This document shows, one piece after another, positions 1 through 64,000 of a stretch of DNA of 64,000 nt (its first letter is position 1; every line of letters starts with the position of its first letter). Location: assembly GCA_030265395.1 (NCBI GenBank), contig JARFYF010000112.1, forward strand, positions 70,675,323 to 70,739,322. The letters run 5' to 3'. The notes beneath the pieces were generated by a model. The model was not told the DNA's origin. It made no database searches and worked only from the letters and a program-made list of their open reading frames with translations. Source of the DNA: Rhina ancylostomus (lineage: Eukaryota). The position numbers were made by a program, and so were the translations under genes.

Positions 1-1906
1 ATAAAATATGAAGATTTCTCTGGAATTCTCCTCTATAAATGTTTGCATTACCATTTTGTGACTCAAAATCATGGCTAGAAAGTTTTATCTTCAGAAAACG
101 TGTGCGCATAAAAAGATGTTTAATGTTATATCAGCTGACCTCTCTTGTCATAGCCAACAGAAAGTAAAGGCAAACAAAATTTTTTTTTTAAGAGGGCAGA
201 AGATAGTTGGACCAGGGCATATCAATGTAACTCAGTTCCTATTTTAAAATCATTTGTTCTATCTTAGTTCCATGTTATTATTTAAGGTTGAAGATTTTTA
301 GTGGACAAATAGTGTGGATAAGTTTAAGAAAGTAATAATCTCAATTATTTCAATGATTTCAATTATTCTTCAATATAGACTGAGGAGCCTGGAGATACAA
401 TGTTGAAGCTCTTCAGTCCAAATAGTCATAAGAGGGTGCAGTTACTGTGTGACACAAATTTATACACTTTTCATTATTAATGTGAATCTACAAAACAATA
501 ATGGGAACATTTGACAATAAGAACAAAAGATATTATAGATAAGCTATGTGCACAATTTTTTTGTTATTGGAGAGAAAGATGGATTTCTGCCTTTCAAAGG
601 GCAATTTGTGTTTTACAAAATCTCCAGCAAAATGATGTCAGATTGGATATGGAAGGGAAATGCCAGTAGTTCTATGTAGAACAAGTGGGCAAGATGGTAA
701 CAAGTTCTGGACTTGAGCACATACATGTAGAAGTTCCAAACTTGTTGACAGTTGTCCACAGATGACTTGCTGACTGCACCCCATTATTGATTTCCTCATG
801 AAGCTTAGTGGTGGAGCTTGAAGGTGGGGCAATTTCTCCACCTGAGAATTGGCTCACAAAATTTAAGTTAGATTAGGCAACACAGGGAATTCTCTTCCTT
901 CCATTTCAGTAGATAAAATTGGTATAGCTATATAACCTAGCCTGAGACTTATATTCAGTTCTATCTAATCATGGCAATTAGATGCACCACTGCATTCAGC
1001 TGGGTTCAGTTTGTGTCAGCCGCAGCCTGACCCATATGACATTGCACCATTTCCTCTTTCTTCAAGTACAAGTGAAAGAGGGATTCCCATACAGAACTAT
1101 ATTTACTTCAGACCTATAAATATCAAGTGTAGAGAGGAAATAAGCAAAATAAATAACAAACAACACTTCAGAATAAGCATGAAGATGTTGCTATAAGTAC
1201 ATTAAACTCTAACAGCTCTGGAGGTCCCCAAGCAATTGGATGACTGGTACTAGTATGAACTTTGGAAAACTGCATGAATAGCTAAAGAATCAGCACCACT
1301 TAATGTTATTATAATTAACTGCAAATTAGGGGACCCTCTGTTATGACCCCAGTAGAAATTTAGAACTGAACCAAATCTCCTGATTTTTCTGAATGGACAC
1401 ATCATTGACTGTGTGGAACTATTTAAAAAAAATAAATCCATGCAAGAAAAACTTAGAAAATATGAAAACTGAAAATAAGAACTTCAAAAATTCCAGGACA
1501 GCATATCAACTGCATTCACCCCTTTAATATAATTTTCTTTCACATTACCTCAACCAATGTGGCACCTGGCACTTTCTCAGCTCTGTTCTGGTGTCTGATG
1601 TCTTATAGAATAATTAGCTCTGCCCCCCACCCCTTATCCAAAGCAGTAAACAGATGAATTAAAACTTCAGGCCTCAAATTCTCCTAACTCTCAGACGGGC
1701 CTTTGTCGACTACACCATGATAAATTAAACTCTCAACCATTATGACCAAGTTAAATACATTCCTTCTGTTCAGGGTTTGTAAGGTCTTTGTGTTTACTGA
1801 ATATACATGTCTGTTAATTTAAAGCTGTAATAATTCTTAACCTGCTATTTGTTCTGAATAATTTATGCTGTAGAACTTTATTGACCATTGACCTCTTCAT
1901 CTGCAG

Positions 1907-63401
<61,495 letters not shown>

Positions 63402-63599
63402 GTAATGTTACCAACAAATTATCTACTGAAATGTTAAATAAAAACAGTAATTAACACAAATGTTGCAACTTGATAGCATCCTTCAGATAATGGAGATATA
63501 TGATGTTGGTAATATAATTGTTTTGGATTTCTGGATATTAAAAGATATTTGGTAATGGTAATGGACGTTAGCAAAATTTTAGCTTTTGCTCTTAAATAG

Positions 63600-64000
63600 G
63601 CAATGGCTGCACTGATACAACATTGGCTAAGAGATATACAGAGACTGCTGGTGAATGGTTGTTTATCAAATAATGTAGTAGTATCTCTCTAGGATTGGTG
63701 CAAGGACTATGGATCCATACGCCGTAATAAAGTCATGAATTTGGTGCAGGACGTGAAGTTTCAAAGTTTAAATGTTGCAATATTTTCTCAAAATATTCTA
63801 GAAGTTTCAAAGATTGCAGAACTCAAAAAATTTGATGTGGAAAATAAACAGTGGGGAGGAGACCAAACAGATGTCAGGATGAAATAGACTTGTTGGTGAA
63901 ATGGGTCATGACGTGGCAATGAAATTTAATACAGAGAAAAGTGAAGTGACATGTTTGGCAGGCTGAATTATGAGGACAATATAAACAAAATAGTACACAT
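63600..64000 (+). mobile_element. Degraded CR1 RT fragment running off the window
   Basis: QDEIDLLVKWVMTWQ-KFNTEKSEV; upstream QRLLVNGCLS. Confidence 0.7.

Noticed and set aside
628-720. Possible upstream WW exon (tctccag| acceptor; GYGREM...QDG resembles PYGWEM...RDG)
   Set aside because: The phase-2 frame from the acceptor hits TAG, the look-alike peptide is in another frame, and there is no suitable donor.

Overview
This is eukaryotic DNA: AT-rich, CpG-depleted and repeat-rich, from a draft assembly with 10 N-runs. The repeat families (HE1-type V-SINEs, CR1, L2, Rex-Babar, Penelope-like, Harbinger, Tigger) point to a cartilaginous fish, possibly a batoid (inference). The whole window lies inside one + strand gene. 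I reconstructed ten GT-AG exons by hand (1907-2061, 11082-11184, 34564-34609, 39096-39200, 41568-41675, 45009-45140, 46652-46771, 53819-53955, 61339-61465, 63312-63401). They splice in frame without stops (1123 nt) into the PDZ domain, linker and FERM F1-F2 lobes of a FRMPD4 (Preso1)-like scaffold protein; both ends of the gene lie outside the window. The protein is noticeably diverged from canonical FRMPD4 and may be a separate paralog. The most interesting intronic signals are: short hairpin-shaped Penelope-derived elements with target-site duplications and decayed hammerhead-ribozyme cores; a CpG-retaining A-B-A insert with a 414-bp period; V-SINEs with two different LINE tails; and decayed Harbinger transposons. 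Most ORFs in the supplied track are spurious or transposon remnants. I found no prokaryotic-type system, CRISPR array, tRNA or rRNA gene. Repeat boundaries are approximate and family calls come from motif recognition, not database searches.
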